Below are positions 62,081-64,000 of a stretch of DNA of 64,000 bases, one piece after another. This DNA is from an uncultured Gemmatimonadaceae bacterium. Lineage in GTDB: Bacteria; Gemmatimonadota; Gemmatimonadetes; Gemmatimonadales; Gemmatimonadaceae. A program made the translations under genes and the position numbers. The notes beneath the pieces were generated by a model that was given only the letters and a program-made list of their open reading frames with translations, had not been told where the DNA came from and searched no databases. The stretch covers positions 640,001 through 704,000 of the forward strand of contig CAWBOC010000009.1 in assembly GCA_963790305.1 (NCBI GenBank), written 5' to 3'. Every line of letters starts with the position of its first letter. The first letter of the stretch is position 1.

Positions 62081-62302
62081 CGACGCGCAGCCGTCTGTTC
62101 CGCGAACTCCGCTTCAAAGCGATGCTCCGCGAGTGAAGCTTTGTGAATGCGGGTTCGAGCTTATCACGCGACGGTCACGTACGGCTGGGATCGGATCGCT
62201 ACGAAGGGCGCGAGTCCGAACGCGCTTCGCAGCAATACATTGGCGATCGCGCGCAGTGGCGAGTTGGTGGCGCGGGTCGGCGGCGTGGCCAGGAAGGGCG
62301 CG

Positions 62303-62436
62303 GCAGAACCGTAGCACCTGCCGAGCGCGAGTGTTAAGGTAGCCATCACATTTAACCGCCGTCGCACTCGCTGCGACGCGAAGCAACCTGCCCCTTCGGG
62401 GCAGATCGCTCGCAGGTGAACGGTATAGCGTTCTGC
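62303..62436 (+). repeat. attC site 10 (variant centre; shortened R''-L'' spacer)
   Basis: GCAGAAC-c-GTAGCACCTG ... ctgccccttcggggcag ... GTTCTGC. Confidence 0.85.
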
Positions 62437-62452
62437 CGACAGCAGGGCTTCA

Positions 62453-62461
62453 TGCTAGATT
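62453..62461 (+). promoter_or_regulatory. Possible extended -10 promoter for the toxin-antitoxin cassette
   Basis: TGcTAGATT about 50 bp upstream of hicB; TA cassettes usually carry their own promoter. Confidence 0.35.
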
Positions 62462-62513
62462 AAGGCAGTGCAGGCGCAGTTCGATCCCGACGAGCCTATC
62501 GCTCCGAACCAGC

Positions 62514-62720
62514 ATGCATCTCACTCTCGAAGTCGACCGCGAAGAGGATGGCCGGTGGATCGCCGAGGTTCCCGATCTCAAAGGCGTCTTCGCCTACGGG
62601 GCATCGCGCGACGAAGCGATCGCCCACGCCCAAGCGCTCGCCCTCCGCGTCCTCGCCGATCGCCTCGAGCACGGCGAGGCCGGGCCCGATCTGGTCAGCG
62701 TTTCCTTCCGCGCCGCCTAG
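62514..62720 (+). CDS. hicB: Cassette 11: HicB-like antitoxin, short form
   Basis: EEDGRWIAEVPDLKGVFAYGASRDEA. Confidence 0.85.
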   Translation: MHLTLEVDREEDGRWIAEVPDLKGVFAYGASRDEAIAHAQALALRVLADRLEHGEAGPDLVSVSFRAA

Positions 62721-62744
62721 CTCCTTCCATAACGGGCTTCGTTC

Positions 62745-62958
62745 GTGGCCGCCTGGCCTTCGACCCGCGCCCGGGCGTGTGCTCGCCGCGCTCCTCCGCA
62801 TTGGCTGGCGCATCAAGCGCGAAACCGGTTCCCATAAAACCCTCGCGCGCGACGGATGGCCGGACTACGTGTTCGCGTTCCACGAGGGCGACGAGATCGG
62901 GCCGAGGATGCTCTCACGCATCGCCAAGCACACGGGGCTCAAGCCTGAAGATCTCTGA
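62745..62958 (+). CDS. hicA: Cassette 11: HicA-like mRNA interferase toxin; apparent extra G at 62773-62775
   Basis: GTG-AAWPSTRAR joins RVLAALLRIGW...GSHK...FHEGDEIGPRML..IAKHTGL after removing one G. Confidence 0.82.
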
Positions 62959-62965
62959 CCCTGCG

Positions 62966-63103
62966 GCAGAACTACCCGTTGCAACTGTCAGGCGCGATTG
63001 TTAGGGTAGCCATCGCAGTTCGCCTCCTTGAAGGGCAACTGCGAAGGCGCGCTGTGCGCGCCTTCGGAAATGCCGCCTGCAGTTGAACGGGATCGCGTTC
63101 TGC
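62966..63103 (+). repeat. attC site 11
   Basis: GCAGAAC ... GTTCTGC. Confidence 0.92.
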
Positions 63104-63156
63104 AGCCACGTCCCACAACGATAGGTCAGATTTCGCGCTGCCTCACACGACACGAC

Positions 63157-63570
63157 ATGCCCACATCTTCGCAGGGTGACCTTGCGCGAATCGAGGCGCT
63201 CCACGAAGCCGACATGCGCGCGTCGAGGGACGGGGACTATCAGACGCTCCGATCGATAATGTCGGATGATGCCGTGGTGCTACCGCCGGGCGGTCGCCTC
63301 ATTCGTGGCCGCGAAGCGCTCGATCGGAGTTTCGCCGCGATGAGCGCGACGGAGGCACCGACGGAAGTACTTGAGTATCGCTTCGACTGGCAGGAGATCC
63401 GCGTCCTCGGCGACTACGCGTTCGAGTGGGGCTACATTCACGGCAAAGAGCGCCACAAGACCAGCGGAGCGATCAGCTCGGAACTGTACCAGGTCATGCG
63501 CATCCTGCAGCGGCAGCCCGACGGTGCGTGGAAAGTTCACCGAACAATCTGGAACGAGCCAGCGAAGTAG
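63157..63570 (+). CDS. Cassette 12: NTF2/SnoaL-like (DUF4440) protein
   Basis: DDAVVLPPGGRLIRGREAL, GDYAFEWG and ILQRQPDGAWKV. Confidence 0.82.
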   Translation: MPTSSQGDLARIEALHEADMRASRDGDYQTLRSIMSDDAVVLPPGGRLIRGREALDRSFAAMSATEAPTEVLEYRFDWQEIRVLGDYAFEWGYIHGKERHKTSGAISSELYQVMRILQRQPDGAWKVHRTIWNEPAK

Positions 63571-63621
63571 CCTCCGGCACTCAGCGTCACGTATTTTCCC
63601 AAGAGGTTGGGCACGCCGGCT

Positions 63622-63756
63622 GCAGAACTAGCTGTTGCACCTGTCAAGCGCGATGTTTAAGGAAGTCATCACCTTTGAACCCCTTGAAGTGCAACTGCGA
63701 AGGCGAGCTTTGCTCGCCTTCTGAGAAGCCGCCTGCAGGTGAACGCAGCGTTATGC
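63622..63756 (+). repeat. attC site 12
   Basis: GCAGAAC ... CACCTG/CAGGTG ... GTTATGC. Confidence 0.92.
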
Positions 63757-63783
63757 GGGCACGTCACTTCTGACGGAATCGAC

Positions 63784-64000
63784 ATGAGCAGATTCTGGCA
63801 ATACGTCGCCCTGGCTTTCGCGGTCGCCGCGCTTCTGGCATCCGTCTACTTCGGCATCGCCGCCGGCCGATTCCTCAACCCCACCCGCAGTGCTGCTGGT
63901 AAGTCGACGGCCTTCTTTTTTACGCGGAAGATGCCCCAGGATTTCATCGCGCCGGGCTATCGACTTTACACGCGCCACGTGGCCGCACTGGCTGTGGCAG
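63784..64000 (+). CDS. Cassette 13 (partial): hypothetical membrane protein
   Basis: ATG 63784, MSRFWQYVALAFAVAALLASVYFGIAAG TM helix; cut by the window end. Confidence 0.5.
   Translation, partial: MSRFWQYVALAFAVAALLASVYFGIAAGRFLNPTRSAAGKSTAFFFTRKMPQDFIAPGYRLYTRHVAALAVA

Larger units (their letters stand above)
54912..64000 (+). mobile_element. Chromosomal integron: intI, putative attI and at least 13 gene cassettes; array continues past the window end
   Basis: IntI plus 12 homologous attC sites separating gene-sized segments. Confidence 0.95.

Noticed and set aside
56662..63156. Cys-rich N-termini (MKCNEG, MCFKCNCK, MKCNCK, MKGNCEG) on cassette ORFs as a shared domain
   Set aside because: They are read-through translations of the attC repeat; plausible starts lie downstream of each GTT crossover.
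56600..63756. Regularly recurring repeats as a CRISPR array partnering the Cas4-like genes
   Set aside because: Repeats are 131-138 bp, imperfect and separated by gene-sized segments. They have attC R/L boxes and sit next to intI.

Overview
A GC-rich bacterial chromosome segment. Gene content and protein style suggest Gemmatimonadota or another FCB-group organism, which is an inference. Bases 1-54.9 kb are mostly housekeeping genes: kbl, an M14 peptidase, mpg, a NYN RNase, an NtrY/NtrX-like pair, ilvE, PBP1A, tyrS, an envelope operon, yebC-ruvCA, an RND pump, ruvB, and queA-tgt-yajC-def-fmt-rsmB-rpe-tsaD-lgt. Four things stand out. (1) A chromosomal integron with an unusual layout: intI (54912-55922) starts 22 bp after the lgt stop, and the putative attI (~56137) plus at least 13 cassettes lie downstream and co-directional. 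Its 12 similar 131-138 bp attC sites are mostly associated with a non-canonical GCAGAAC/GTTCTGC core. (2) A CRISPR-less Cas4-like nuclease split into two translationally coupled genes, each with a predicted membrane helix (23537-24306), inside a PorX-like/msbA/lpxL operon. (3) A C-terminal-only DnaB paralog with a coupled partner gene. (4) Several intergenic palindromes built from 7- to 9-mer tandem repeats. Many genes carry frameshifts, including fmt, PBP1A and several cassette genes; these look like assembly indel errors. No rRNA, tRNA or CRISPR array was recognised.
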